Assembly: GCA_002011035.2 (NCBI GenBank)
Contig: MTLY02000003.1
Location: 608,001-672,000 of the forward strand
DNA: 64,000 nucleotides
Source: Candidatus Hecatella orcuttiae
GTDB taxonomy: Archaea; Thermoproteota; Bathyarchaeia; Hecatellales; Hecatellaceae
Reading direction: 5' to 3'
Numbering within the stretch: position 1 is the stretch's first letter; each line of letters starts with the position of its first letter. The notes under the pieces are model-generated. The model did not search any database and had not been told where the DNA came from. It saw only the letters and a program-made list of their open reading frames with translations. Below, piece by piece: positions 18,740 through 29,132 of this stretch. The translations under genes and the position numbers were made by a program.

Positions 18740-20113
18740 CTATTTCAGCCAAGGATAGAGTTCTTCCAGTTTTTTGATGCTCTGCTTTATCTTTTCCTCT
18801 GGGTAGGAGTAGTCCGGTAGCTTCCTTTCAAAGTAAGCGTCGTAGGCGGACATGTCGAAGTGGCCGTGGCCGCAGAGGTTGAAAGCTAAAACCTTCTCTT
18901 CACCCTTCCGCTTGCATTCTAAGGCCTCATCCACCACCGCCTTGATGGCGTAGGAGGGCTCGGGAGCTGGAATGATGCCCTCTGTCTTGGTGAACAAAAC
19001 AGCCGCCTGGAAGACTTCGTTTTGAAGATAAGCCTTAGCCTCCATGACCCCCTTGTGGACGAGCAGCGACAAGATGGGCGCGTCGCCGTGATACCTCAGC
19101 CCTCCCGCATGAATGGGCTCGGGCACAAAGTCGTGGCCCAGAGTGTACATTTTGACGAGGGGTATCAGCCTAGCCGAATCACCGTGGTCGTAGCGGTAGG
19201 GGCCCTTCGTCAAGGTAGGGCAAGCAGCCGGCTCCACGGCCACAGCCCTCAGCTCTTTCTTTTCCCCATGCATCTTCTCGCGGAGGAAGGGGTAGGAGAA
19301 ACCTGAGAAGCTGCTTCCCCCGCCCACGCAGCCGAACATGATGTCCGGGTACTCGTCTATCTGCTGAAACTGCTTCTGTAGCTCCAAGCCTATGACCGTC
19401 TGGTGGAGGAGCACATGGTTCACCACGCTGCCCAAAGTATATTTCGTATCCTCATGGGTTACAGCGTCGTTGACGGCTTCACTGATGGAAATGCCTAAAC
19501 TTCCCGGGCATTTAGGGTCCCGTTCTAGGATTTTTCTCCCCGCCTCAGTGCGGGTGCTGGGACTCGGGATAACCTCCGCATTCCACACCTGCATCATCGT
19601 CTTCCGGTAAGGCTTCTGGTAGTAGCTGGCTTTAACCATGTAAACCGTGCACTTCAGATCGAACATGGCGCAGGCGAAGGCCAAGGCGCTGCCCCACTGG
19701 CCGGCTCCGGTTTCAGTAGTCAGCCTCCTGGTTCCCTCTTTCAAGTTGTAGTAGGCTTGAGCTATGGCGGTGTTGGGTTTATGGCTCCCCGGCGGGCTGA
19801 CGCCTTCCCATTTGTAGTAGATTCTCGCAGGAGTGTTCAACGCTTTTTCCAGCCCGTAGGCGCGGTAGAGGGGTGTAGGCCTCCACATCCGGTATATTTC
19901 CCTAACCTCCTCGGGAATGGGAATCCAGCGTTCGGAGCTGACCTCCTGCCTGATGAGCTCCTTGGCAAACACCGCCTCTAAGTCCTCGGGGCGCACAGGT
20001 TCTTTGGTCTGAGGGTTTATCAGCGGAGGCAATGGCTCTGGAAGGTCGGGAAGGATGTTATACCATTCTTTGGGGATTTCTTCCTCATCCAGCTGAATCT
20101 TTTTACGCGACAA
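18740..20113 (-). CDS. trpB2: Tryptophan synthase beta, type 2 (TrpB2)
   Basis: [42 protein letters not shown]. Confidence 0.95.
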   Translation of the reverse strand: MSRKKIQLDEEEIPKEWYNILPDLPEPLPPLINPQTKEPVRPEDLEAVFAKELIRQEVSSERWIPIPEEVREIYRMWRPTPLYRAYGLEKALNTPARIYYKWEGVSPPGSHKPNTAIAQAYYNLKEGTRRLTTETGAGQWGSALAFACAMFDLKCTVYMVKASYYQKPYRKTMMQVWNAEVIPSPSTRTEAGRKILERDPKCPGSLGISISEAVNDAVTHEDTKYTLGSVVNHVLLHQTVIGLELQKQFQQIDEYPDIMFGCVGGGSSFSGFSYPFLREKMHGEKKELRAVAVEPAACPTLTKGPYRYDHGDSARLIPLVKMYTLGHDFVPEPIHAGGLRYHGDAPILSLLVHKGVMEAKAYLQNEVFQAAVLFTKTEGIIPAPEPSYAIKAVVDEALECKRKGEEKVLAFNLCGHGHFDMSAYDAYFERKLPDYSYPEEKIKQSIKKLEELYPWLK

Positions 20114-20174
20114 ACAATCACCCTTAAATCTTTTAGGGATGAAATTCCTTTAAAACCCCTGAACTATTTAAGTT

Positions 20175-20762
20175 TTGGGAAGGAGAGGAAAAATCTTCAA
20201 GGTCATCTACATCACCGGCACCCCCGGGACGGGGAAAACCACGGTGGCGTCAGCGCTCGCAGCCTCAACCGGAAGCCGCCACGTGGACCTAGGTAAACTC
20301 TCCGTGGAAAAAGGACTAATCCTCCGCCGTGACCCCCTGAGGAAAACCGGCGTCGTAGACCTAGAAAAGCTAAGCCGCTTCCTCGGAAAACACTTCCAAT
20401 CGGAAAAAAGGAACCTGATTCTTCAAGCTCATTTCTCTGCGAAGCTTCCCCCCAAGCTGAAGCCAAAAAGCGTCTTGGTTCTCCGATGCGAACCCGGTGA
20501 ACTGGCCGAAAGGCTGAAGACCAAAGGCTTTCCAGCGGAGAAGATTTCAGAGAACATCTGGGCTGAAATTCTGGATTACTGCCTCCAAGAAGCTCTACAC
20601 GTCTACGGCCCCTCCAGAATTCATGAAATCGACACCACTGGAAGAAAGGTGGAAGAGGTGGTGGCTGAAGCCTTGGCGGTTTTGGAAGAGCGGAAAAAGC
20701 CGCAAATCGGAGTCTGCCACTGGCTTCAGTCTCAAAAAATAGACCGAAAATTTGCCAGTTAA
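20175..20762 (+). CDS. Adenylate kinase AK6/Fap7 family
   Basis: ITGTPGTGKTT, LRCEP...RL...KISEN..AEI, EIDTT; exact start uncertain. Confidence 0.85.
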   Translation: MGRRGKIFKVIYITGTPGTGKTTVASALAASTGSRHVDLGKLSVEKGLILRRDPLRKTGVVDLEKLSRFLGKHFQSEKRNLILQAHFSAKLPPKLKPKSVLVLRCEPGELAERLKTKGFPAEKISENIWAEILDYCLQEALHVYGPSRIHEIDTTGRKVEEVVAEALAVLEERKKPQIGVCHWLQSQKIDRKFAS

Positions 20763-20777
20763 AAAAGGCTGACATCG

Positions 20778-21002
20778 GTGGGAAAGACGAGATATCTGAT
20801 TTTCCCTTGCGTTGCTTGCGGAAGACCTGCCATATGCAGGGAAGGCCAGAAAATCAAGGTTTGCCCCTTTTGCGGAGCGAAAACCAAGCTGGCTGGAGTC
20901 AGGTGCTTGGGCAGAGCTTCCTCTCCGCGGGAAGCGAAGGAACTCATTTCAAGGCTTAAGCTTCAAGCATCCCCCCGTAAGGGTGAAAGGCGGCGGGTAT
21001 AG
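20778..21002 (+). CDS. Small zinc-ribbon protein (DUF1922-like)
   Basis: CVACG...CPFCG; co-oriented after AK6. Confidence 0.65.
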   Translation: MGKTRYLIFPCVACGRPAICREGQKIKVCPFCGAKTKLAGVRCLGRASSPREAKELISRLKLQASPRKGERRRV

Positions 21003-21117
21003 TAAAACTCGGAAAAAAAGACAGCGTCGTCAATTGTAGGGGGAAGGCTCCGTTAAACATGTATATAGCACAGCTATTATTTAATTGAAAGCAACTCTGC
21101 GTTGAGGCGCAAACATC

Positions 21118-21537
21118 ATGTCCTCTTTAGGGGCGAAGAAATTCTTCGAAGAAATGGCTTCCCTCCTCCAAAAGCCCATCACCATCGTAACGACCTCCGA
21201 CAAACAGTACACAGGAAACCTAGTCGGCTTCGACCCCGCCAGCCTCAGCCTCTGCCTGTCCGATGTGAGGGATGAGGACGGGAAAGTCCTCCCCAAGCTC
21301 TTCATCTACGGGCAGACAGTGGCTCGGATGTTCATCACGGAAAAACCCTTCGACCTCAAACGGTTGGCTGAGAGGCTGGACAAGGTTTTCCCCAAACTGG
21401 TGAAACTCTACGAGGATGCGGGAACCATCGTCGTCATGGACAAAATCAGGCTAACCTCTGAAGGCGTGGTCGAAGGCTCAGGTCCCGCTGCGGAAAGAAC
21501 CCGGAAAGTCTACGAAGAATTCATAAAAGGAGCCTGA
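21118..21537 (+). CDS. Lsm/Sm-like RNA-binding protein with C-terminal domain (SmAP3 type)
   Basis: Sm1/Sm2-like YTGNLVGFD...LCLSD...KLFIYG followed by FDLKRLAERL...VVEGSGPAAER. Confidence 0.85.
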   Translation: MSSLGAKKFFEEMASLLQKPITIVTTSDKQYTGNLVGFDPASLSLCLSDVRDEDGKVLPKLFIYGQTVARMFITEKPFDLKRLAERLDKVFPKLVKLYEDAGTIVVMDKIRLTSEGVVEGSGPAAERTRKVYEEFIKGA

Positions 21538-21999
21538 ATGGGCTGCGGGGAACCAACTCCAAGGAGCCTGAGCAGCTTGGAGGCTAAACACTCCTCTACA
21601 AGCGCCTTGGAAAAACTCGTCAAGGACTTTCTCCGGCAGAAAATCTTCGCCGTGGTAGGCGCCTCCAGAGAAGCTGAAAAATACGGCCATAAAATCTACA
21701 AAAACCTCAAAGCCAAAGGCTACAAGGTCTACCCAGTTAATCCGAAAACCCGAGAAATCTCAGGAGACCCATGCTATCCGAGCTTAGCGGAGTTGCCTGA
21801 AAAACCTGATGTGGTGGACATCGTAGTGCCTCCTCCCGTAGCCTTCACCGTGGTGAAGGACTGTAAAGCCTTGGGCCTAGAGCGGATTTGGCTTCAACCA
21901 AGCTCGGAGTCGCAGGATGTCCTTCGCTATTGTGCGCAGGAAGGTTTGAAGTGCATCCATGGAGTCTGCATAATGGAGGAAAGCGATAAACTGGCGTAG
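21538..21999 (+). CDS. CoA-binding protein (YccU-like)
   Basis: AVVGAS...KYG...VYPVNP...YPSLAELPEKPDVV...WLQP; true start may be TTG 21607. Confidence 0.88.
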   Translation: MGCGEPTPRSLSSLEAKHSSTSALEKLVKDFLRQKIFAVVGASREAEKYGHKIYKNLKAKGYKVYPVNPKTREISGDPCYPSLAELPEKPDVVDIVVPPPVAFTVVKDCKALGLERIWLQPSSESQDVLRYCAQEGLKCIHGVCIMEESDKLA

Positions 22000-22025
22000 C
22001 ATGCACGCTGAGAGCAGGATGTCGC

Positions 22026-23558
22026 TCAGCTGTTTTCTTTTTCTTTGTTAAGCCACTCAGCCATGAGGGTGTTCATTCCGCTGAGGACGGCTTCCACGCT
22101 GGCCATGACGATGTCGCCTCGGGCGCCGCTGGCCGTCACCGTCCTGTCCCCTCTCCTGAGCTTTACGATGACCTCCACGACAGCGTCTGTTCCGCCGGTG
22201 ATGGATTTGACATGGTATTCCTCCAAGGTTATGTCCGCTATGGAGGCGCCCAGTTTCTTGATGGCGTTGATGGCTGCGTCCACAGGGCCTATGCCTATGC
22301 CCGCTTCCACAACCTCCCTCCCGTCCACCTCCAGCTTCACCGAGGCTGTGGGAGTAACCTTATCGCCGGTTACAACGGTAAGCTCCTTCAGGACGATGGT
22401 CCTCTTGGAGGGTAGTCCTAGCACAGCTTCGGCGATGGCTTGAAGGTCGCTGTCGGTGACGGTTTTACCTCTGTCCCCCAGCTTCTTGACTCTGAGAAAG
22501 ATCTCGTTCAACTGCTCGGGGGTAGGCTTCAGCCCCAGCTCCCTCAAAAGAGCCTCGATGCCGGCTGAGCCCACATGCTTCCCTACGACCAGTCTTCTTT
22601 TCACCCCTACGACGTCGGGGGATAGAGGCTCGTAGGTGAGGGGGTGGGAAAGAATGGCGTGCACGTGGATGCCGGATTCGTGGGCGAAGGCATTATCCCC
22701 CACCACCGCCTTGTTGGGTTGGACGTTGACCCCTGTCAGCCTTGAAACCAGCCTCGAAACCTCGTAGAGCTTGTTAAACGTGATCGAGCTGTCTAGGTTG
22801 AGGAGATACCGCGCTCCCACCACCACTTCTTCTAGCGCCGCGTTGCCGGCTCTCTCCCCTAGGCCGTTGACGGTCACATGGGCTTGGTCAGCGCCAGCTC
22901 GGAGGCCCTCCAGCGTGTTGGCCACCGCCATGCCGAAGTCGTCGTGGCAGTGGATGCTGAGGGGAACTTGGAACTTTTCCCTAAGCTGGGATAGAAGGTC
23001 AAAAGCCTTAGGGGGAGTTAAGACTCCTACAGTGTCGCAGAGGCATATCCTATCGGCTCCCGCGGAAATTCCCTGCGAGAAAAACCTCTTCAGGAAATCC
23101 ACGTCGGTTCTGGACCCGTCCTCCGCTGAGAGCTCCACCACCAAGCCGTGGTCTTTGGCGTACTCCACCACCTCTTGGGATAGGCTTAAAATTTCCTCAG
23201 GCTCCTTTTTCAGCTTATATTTGAGGTGCAGCTGAGAGGTGGGCACCACTAGGTGGATGCTTTGAACTTCAGCTTTGAGCGCAGCGTCCACATCCCCTTT
23301 GTTGGCGCGGACCATGCTGCAGAGTTCAGCCTTCAATCCCTCCTTGGCCATCAGCCTCAAAGCCTGAAGGTCGCCTTCTGAAACCCGGGCGAATCCGCCT
23401 TCGATAACATTCACGCCCAATTCGTCGAGCATATGGGCTATTCTGAGTTTCTTTTCCGGTGTGAGGGAAACCCCCGGCATCTGTTCGCCGTCTCGGAGGG
23501 TTGTGTCAAAAATTTTTATTCGCTTAGGCTTCTCGGATTTGGGTTTAAATAAAATTAT
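22026..23558 (-). CDS. 2-isopropylmalate / (R)-citramalate synthase (LeuA/CimA family); start codon unresolved
   Basis: The reading frame continues upstream of the ORF-track Met (23480) through [12 protein letters not shown]. Also [23 protein letters not shown] and a LeuA regulatory domain (GIGPVDAA). Confidence 0.9.
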   Translation of the reverse strand: MILFKPKSEKPKRIKIFDTTLRDGEQMPGVSLTPEKKLRIAHMLDELGVNVIEGGFARVSEGDLQALRLMAKEGLKAELCSMVRANKGDVDAALKAEVQSIHLVVPTSQLHLKYKLKKEPEEILSLSQEVVEYAKDHGLVVELSAEDGSRTDVDFLKRFFSQGISAGADRICLCDTVGVLTPPKAFDLLSQLREKFQVPLSIHCHDDFGMAVANTLEGLRAGADQAHVTVNGLGERAGNAALEEVVVGARYLLNLDSSITFNKLYEVSRLVSRLTGVNVQPNKAVVGDNAFAHESGIHVHAILSHPLTYEPLSPDVVGVKRRLVVGKHVGSAGIEALLRELGLKPTPEQLNEIFLRVKKLGDRGKTVTDSDLQAIAEAVLGLPSKRTIVLKELTVVTGDKVTPTASVKLEVDGREVVEAGIGIGPVDAAINAIKKLGASIADITLEEYHVKSITGGTDAVVEVIVKLRRGDRTVTASGARGDIVMASVEAVLSGMNTLMAEWLNKEKENS

Positions 23559-23704
23559 CCCCCATTTTTTTCCCTCATGGTAGGCTTATAGCAGTGAAAC
23601 CATCCTTTACTCTCCCAACTCGTATTTAAGCCTATTGCAAAAGGGATCCCGTCAGCCTACAGAAATACCGGCCTACGCGCTCTCCCCAGTGTTCGTTTCC
23701 TGCG

Positions 23705-24271
23705 CTATGCTTCCTCTTCGTAGTGGATGACGCCTTCCTCTTCCAGCTTGGCGCTGAGGATCTTCACAGCCTCATAGACCTCGTCTTCCTTCTTCGCTCC
23801 CGTGCAGACAAGTTTTCCGCTGGAGAAGAGGAGAATGACAACCTTGGGTTTGTCCATGCGGTAGATGAGGCCTGGGAACTGTTCAGGCTCATACATGGTC
23901 CTGCTCAGGGAATAAGTAGCCTTTTCCAAGTCGATTCTCCCGCCGAGGCTGGCGGAGGCTACGATGTTCTGAATCTGAGTTTTAGGCTTCCCCATGATAA
24001 CGATGCCGTGGCTTTTCAGCTCCTTAACCACTTTCTCCACTGCCTTGATGGCGAGGCTTTCCGATTTAGCTCCGGTGCACACCATCTTCCCGGAGTTAAA
24101 AATCAGCGTGGCTGTCTTAGGCTTCTTCAGCCTGAAAACCAGCCCCGGAAACTGCTCCGGCCTGTACTCGGCGGTGGGGAAGAGTTTGGTGATGGCGTCC
24201 AAGTCCACGCTGTGGTCGAGGATGGCGGAAGCCACCACGTTTTCTATGTTGATCACAGGTTTTTTCGGCAA
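23705..24271 (-). CDS. tbp: TATA-box binding protein
   Basis: Two repeats of NVVAS/NIVAS...YxPEQFPGL...LxFxSGKxVCTGAK. Confidence 0.97.
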   Translation of the reverse strand: MPKKPVINIENVVASAILDHSVDLDAITKLFPTAEYRPEQFPGLVFRLKKPKTATLIFNSGKMVCTGAKSESLAIKAVEKVVKELKSHGIVIMGKPKTQIQNIVASASLGGRIDLEKATYSLSRTMYEPEQFPGLIYRMDKPKVVILLFSSGKLVCTGAKKEDEVYEAVKILSAKLEEEGVIHYEEEA

Positions 24272-24339
24272 ACCGGCTTTTCACCCAGCATTGTAACGTC
24301 TTTAAATATCCAAAACCTAATTAGATATAAAAAGGTTGA

Positions 24340-24912
24340 TTAAGCTTCCCCCGCCTTTTTACTTCTCCCCTCCAGAATGGACCAGAATGCCAAGGCGATG
24401 AGGAGGGTGACGGTGAATACGATGCCGGGAGGAGAGCGGAGGAAGATCACAGCCAACCCCAAGGAGGGAATGTGGGCTATAACTTTCCCCACCACTGCTT
24501 CCGGGTCTACCACCCCCCTGTCAGGGACCGCGTTGTGGTCTCCCTTAGTCTTGAACCCTAGGAAGACGCCTTCCTCACTGTATTCCAGCCCGACGATCCT
24601 GTGGACGATGTACTTTCGGTCGTGGGAAGAGTAGTAGACGATGATGGGGGAATTGCCTCCCGCTTCAAACTCTTCCATCAACTCTGAGGGGGGAACCTCC
24701 TTCACGATGACTAGGTCTCCGTTTCTCAGCGTCGGAAGCATGCTTCTGCCTTCCACAACCATGACAGGGGTGGGGGTTCCCAAGGTTTGGATGAGGCCGA
24801 GCCATCCTCCTAGGAGCAACACAGCCGCCAATCCGACAATTAGGATGGGTTTGAAGTCGGCGGCTGGTTTTCTAGGCTTTGCGGAGGACTCTAAGGCCGT
24901 GTTCAATCCCAC
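24340..24912 (-). CDS. Signal peptidase I (Sec11/S26 archaeal type)
   Basis: TM helix, GRSMLPTL..GDL, IVHR, TKGDHN, C-terminal TM. Confidence 0.92.
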   Translation of the reverse strand: MGLNTALESSAKPRKPAADFKPILIVGLAAVLLLGGWLGLIQTLGTPTPVMVVEGRSMLPTLRNGDLVIVKEVPPSELMEEFEAGGNSPIIVYYSSHDRKYIVHRIVGLEYSEEGVFLGFKTKGDHNAVPDRGVVDPEAVVGKVIAHIPSLGLAVIFLRSPPGIVFTVTLLIALAFWSILEGRSKKAGEA

Positions 24913-25013
24913 GCTTTCTTAAATTCTTAAGTCAGCCTTTTATTTAACCCTATTAGGCTTCTTCCGAATAGTGTTTTTATGGAGGGCCTACCATTTTTAG
25001 AGGGTCTCTGAAG

Positions 25014-27881
25014 ATGGGTGGGTTGGAAGGTTCTTTTTCCACTCTCCTGAAGCCTCTCCAAAGGGTCATCAAGGAGCGAGGGTTCTCCTCGCCCACGGAG
25101 CCCCAGGAGAAGGCCATACCCCTGATTCTGAAGGGTGAAAACGTTCTTCTCATCGCCCCTACCGCCACGGGTAAAACCGAGGCAGCCATCCTGCCCATCC
25201 TCCACAATTTTCTTCTCATGCCTGAAAGGCCTCAGGGAGTTAAAATCCTATACATAACCCCTCTGAGGGCCTTAAACAGGGACCTCATGGAGAGATTGGA
25301 GTGGTGGTGTAAGAAGCTCGACTTGACGGTGGGCGTGAGGCATGGGGACACGGACACGGGGGAGCGAAGCCATCAGGCGCGAAGTCCCCCGGATATGCTT
25401 ATAACAACCCCTGAGACTCTCCAAGCGATTCTCCCCGGAAAGGTCATGCGGAGGCATCTCAGCCGGGTTAGGTGGGTTATCGTCGACGAGGTGCATGAGC
25501 TGGCCTGCGACAAGCGGGGAAGCCAGCTTTCCCTCGGCTTGGAAAGGCTGAGAAGACTGGGCGCTGGGGACTTCCAGGTCATAGGGCTTTCTGCCACCAT
25601 AGGCTCCCCGGAGAAGGTGGCCAAATTTCTGGTGGGAACCCGCCGGTCCTGCCAGATAGTCCGGGTTCCAGTGGCCAAGGACATTCGCCTTCAGATAGTC
25701 TCCGCCAAGCCCAGTCGGACGGATCATGTTACGGCGGCGAAGCTCTACACGCATCCCGAGGTGGCGGCGAGGCTGAGGGTTATCCGCGACCTCATCGAAA
25801 AGCACAGCTCGGTTTTACTGTTCACCAACACGAGGGCCGTGGCAGAGGTTCTGGCCAGCCGGTTTAAGGTTTGGGATGTTGACTACCCTGTGAGCATTCA
25901 CCACGGCAGCCTAGCTAAGCCTTCCCGCATCTGGGCTGAGCAGGGATTGAAGGGGGGTAAACTCAAAGGCTTGGTCTGCACCTCCTCCCTCGAGCTGGGA
26001 ATCGACATAGGCCTCATCGACCTTGTCATCCAGTATAACTCCCCTCGGCAGGTTACCCGGCTGGTTCAGCGGGTTGGGAGAAGCGGACACCGTCGGGGAG
26101 GCACGGCCAAGGGGGTCATCATAACCATCGACTCCGACGACACCTTGGAGGCTTTGGTCATCGCCCGCCGAGCCCTGTCGGAGGAGCTGGAGCCTGTGGC
26201 CATGCCTGAGAAGCCCTATGATACTCTCGTCCAGCAACTGGCCGGGCTTCTCATCGAAAGGAAACGTTGGCATTACGCAGAAGTTTTGGAGCTTTGCAGG
26301 GAAGCTTACCCCTATCGGAAGCTCACCAGCCAAGACTTGGACAAGGTTCTAGGCTACATGCACTCCCGTTATCCCCGGCTGGCTTGGGTTTCCTCGGAGG
26401 ACCAAAGCTTCCTCCGCCCTCAGAAAACCAAGCACCTCTACGAGTACTATTTCGGAAACCTTTCCATGATCCCCGACGAGAAACACTACTTGGTCATCGA
26501 CCAGTCCTCCGACACGCCGGTGGGGATTCTGGACGAAGCCTTTGTGGCTGAGTACGGAGACCCGGGAACAAAGTTCATCGTCCGAGGCAGCGCTTGGAAG
26601 ATCGTGTCCGTCTACGGGGACAAGATCTACGCCAAACCCGTGCAGGACCCTACTGGGGCTATCCCCAGCTGGGTGGGGGAGGAGATTCCCGTTCCCCTGG
26701 AGGTCGCCTTGGAAGTGGGAGCCATTCGGAGGTTTGTGGAGGAAAGTCTGAAGGCTTCGAAAACCCCCACCGAGGTGGTTCAGGCCCTAAGGGAAAGATA
26801 TCCCGCAGACGCGGAGACCTTGGGGGACGCTGTTCGAGAAGTGGTGGAGCAGGTGGAAGGCGGCTACCCGGTGCCCACCGACAGGAGGGTAGTGGTGGAA
26901 GAATGGGGCGACTACCTCATCCTCCAATGCTGCTTCGGCTCCTTGGTCAATAAGACGCTGGCCCGCATCCTGGGGCATGTCCTCTCAGAGGAAACAGGTG
27001 AGGCGGTGGGCATGCAGGAGGACCCCTACCGCCTGGTTTTGCAGGCCAAGGGCTCCGTGGATGGGCCGAGGCTGAAGGAGCTTCTCCTAAGCCTCACAGG
27101 ACGGAACCCGGGTAAACTGGCCGTGGAGGCCGCTGTGAAGACCGGCCTCTTCAAAAGGAGGCTTATCCATGTGGCTAGGAAGTTCGGAGCCATTTCCAAG
27201 TGGGCTGACTTCACTGAGCTCAGCCTCCGGCAGCTGGTCAAAAGCTTCGAGGGCACCGCTATCTTCGAGGAAGCCTTGAAGGACACTACCTCCACGGACA
27301 TGGACATCGACAATACTGTCCGGATCTTGGAAAAAATCCGGGAAGGCTCCATTGAAGTGGAGGTTGTTCGAGGGTTGAAGAAACCCACGCCCATCGCCCG
27401 CATCGGAGTTCAGAGGATAAGCCGCAAAACCGACCTCATCCCTCCGGAGAAAATGCGAGGCATCCTCATTGAGTCCACCCGGGCGAGGCTGCTCAACGAA
27501 GCCGCGGTGCTGGTGTGCACCCAATGCTGGAACTATGTGAAGCTGGTGAGGATTAAAAGCCTCCCCCGCTCCCTCGCATGCCCTCACTGCGGCTCCACCC
27601 GAATAGGCCTCCTCAAAGAGCCTGAAAAAGAAGTCTTCAAGATCGCGGAGAAAAAAGGGAAAAACCTCCGAGGAAGGGAAGAGGGAATCCTTGAGGCTGC
27701 GCTAGAATCCGCAGACCTGATCTCCAAATTCGGCTTCCCCGCGGCAGTGGCCTTAGTAGGCCACGGCCTCGAAGCGGAGGACGCGAGGACTGTCTTGGAG
27801 GATGAAAGCCGCCTCACCGACCGTTTCTACGAGCTGGTGGCGGAGGCGGAGAAGAAGGCTTTGAGGAGAAAATTCTGGTAG
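25014..27881 (+). CDS. lhr: Lhr-family SF2 helicase (copy 2) with C-terminal Cys-rich motif
   Basis: APTATGKT, DEVH, HHGSL, SSLELGIDIG, QRVGRSGH, SMIP, IPSWVGE, CTQC...CPHC. Confidence 0.93.
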   Translation: MGGLEGSFSTLLKPLQRVIKERGFSSPTEPQEKAIPLILKGENVLLIAPTATGKTEAAILPILHNFLLMPERPQGVKILYITPLRALNRDLMERLEWWCKKLDLTVGVRHGDTDTGERSHQARSPPDMLITTPETLQAILPGKVMRRHLSRVRWVIVDEVHELACDKRGSQLSLGLERLRRLGAGDFQVIGLSATIGSPEKVAKFLVGTRRSCQIVRVPVAKDIRLQIVSAKPSRTDHVTAAKLYTHPEVAARLRVIRDLIEKHSSVLLFTNTRAVAEVLASRFKVWDVDYPVSIHHGSLAKPSRIWAEQGLKGGKLKGLVCTSSLELGIDIGLIDLVIQYNSPRQVTRLVQRVGRSGHRRGGTAKGVIITIDSDDTLEALVIARRALSEELEPVAMPEKPYDTLVQQLAGLLIERKRWHYAEVLELCREAYPYRKLTSQDLDKVLGYMHSRYPRLAWVSSEDQSFLRPQKTKHLYEYYFGNLSMIPDEKHYLVIDQSSDTPVGILDEAFVAEYGDPGTKFIVRGSAWKIVSVYGDKIYAKPVQDPTGAIPSWVGEEIPVPLEVALEVGAIRRFVEESLKASKTPTEVVQALRERYPADAETLGDAVREVVEQVEGGYPVPTDRRVVVEEWGDYLILQCCFGSLVNKTLARILGHVLSEETGEAVGMQEDPYRLVLQAKGSVDGPRLKELLLSLTGRNPGKLAVEAAVKTGLFKRRLIHVARKFGAISKWADFTELSLRQLVKSFEGTAIFEEALKDTTSTDMDIDNTVRILEKIREGSIEVEVVRGLKKPTPIARIGVQRISRKTDLIPPEKMRGILIESTRARLLNEAAVLVCTQCWNYVKLVRIKSLPRSLACPHCGSTRIGLLKEPEKEVFKIAEKKGKNLRGREEGILEAALESADLISKFGFPAAVALVGHGLEAEDARTVLEDESRLTDRFYELVAEAEKKALRRKFW

Positions 27882-27907
27882 CCTAAAGGGCGTCGGAGGC
27901 TGGAAGG

Positions 27908-28537
27908 ATGAGGGGCCGTGGGGTTGTGGTGCTGGCTGGAGGAGGCAGCGTGAGGATGGGAGGCGTAAACAAAGCCTTCCTAAGCCTTCAAGGAAAACCT
28001 CTCCTCCGATGGGTGGTGGAAGGAGCCCTAGGGGCCGCGGGCAAGGTGGTGGTGGTCTTGAGCAAAAGCAGCCCTGAAGGCCCTTACCGGCGGATTCTCC
28101 CCGCGACGGTGAGCCTAGGGCGGGATGCCGTGGAGGGCGGAGGCCCCATCGCCGGCTTAGCAGCTGGAATAAGAAGTCTAAAAGTTGAGTACGTGGCTGT
28201 GCTGCCCTGCGACGTGCCCTTCGTCAACCCCCAAGTTTTAGGGCTGCTCTTCCAAGAGGCGGAAGGGCGTGCCTCGGAGGCGGTGATCCCCCGGTGGCCC
28301 AACGGGTACAGGGAGCCCCTCCACGCTGTCTACCGTTCTCAGCCTACTCTCCCCGCGGCGGAGGAAGCCCTAGCGCAGGGGGAATACTCGATGCTGGATG
28401 TGGTGAAGAGACTGGAGCACGTCTACTATCTGCCTGTGGATCAGATCAGAAACTTTGACCCTCAGCTTCGAGGTTTCTTCAACATCAACACACCTCAGGA
28501 CTTGGAGAAAGCCGCCTGCCTTTTAAAGAAAGGCTAA
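27908..28537 (+). CDS. mobA: Molybdenum cofactor guanylyltransferase
   Basis: LAGGGSVRMG..K, GPIAGL, LPCDVP, EPLHAVY, FFNINTP. Confidence 0.9.
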   Translation: MRGRGVVVLAGGGSVRMGGVNKAFLSLQGKPLLRWVVEGALGAAGKVVVVLSKSSPEGPYRRILPATVSLGRDAVEGGGPIAGLAAGIRSLKVEYVAVLPCDVPFVNPQVLGLLFQEAEGRASEAVIPRWPNGYREPLHAVYRSQPTLPAAEEALAQGEYSMLDVVKRLEHVYYLPVDQIRNFDPQLRGFFNINTPQDLEKAACLLKKG

Positions 28538-28573
28538 AAGTGCGACTGTTACAATATTCCAGGCTGCTGCCTG

Positions 28574-29059
28574 TCACGGTTTAGTTTCGGTGACTGCTTC
28601 CACTTCAACGGACAGGCCTTTCAGGGATTTGCTTATCTCCACGGCGGTTAAAACGGCGCTGATGAGGATCAGCAGGACGCTGAACCCGAATATGACTAGT
28701 ATTACAACCTCCAGCCTTACGGACTCCAGCACGTTCACGAAGATCAGCAGAGAATCCACGATGGCTCCTATCAGCGAAAACTGCATCAGAAACAGCGACC
28801 ACTTGGAGAGCTTCGCCCTCTCGAAGAGCATTTCTATCTGCCTCTTCGCGTTGGCGATTTTCTTCTCCCTCGTTTCTTCTTGAAGCTGAGCTGAGGATAC
28901 GGCGTCGATGTCGTGGAGGAGATGTCTTATCCTGTCGTGGATGCGCCCATACCGGTTGTAGAGGGATATGTTGATCAAACCCACCGCGGTGATGAGCACA
29001 ACAGGAGCCAAGGTGATCTGAATCAAGTCCAACCAGTTCAAGACCGCTTCCCCTCTCAT
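28574..29059 (-). CDS. Membrane protein (DUF2721-like)
   Basis: IQITLAPVVLITAVG...NRYGRIHDRIR; three hydrophobic helices. Confidence 0.7.
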   Translation of the reverse strand: MRGEAVLNWLDLIQITLAPVVLITAVGLINISLYNRYGRIHDRIRHLLHDIDAVSSAQLQEETREKKIANAKRQIEMLFERAKLSKWSLFLMQFSLIGAIVDSLLIFVNVLESVRLEVVILVIFGFSVLLILISAVLTAVEISKSLKGLSVEVEAVTETKP

Positions 29060-29132
29060 TGGATGAGGATAACAGAAAGCCAGCCGTCTCTAAATACCTT
29101 TCCCAGACTAAAATCCTCCTACATCGCATCGG

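Noticed and set aside
18740-20113. trpB without trpA as an anomaly
   Set aside because: Stand-alone TrpB2 is common and well described in archaea.
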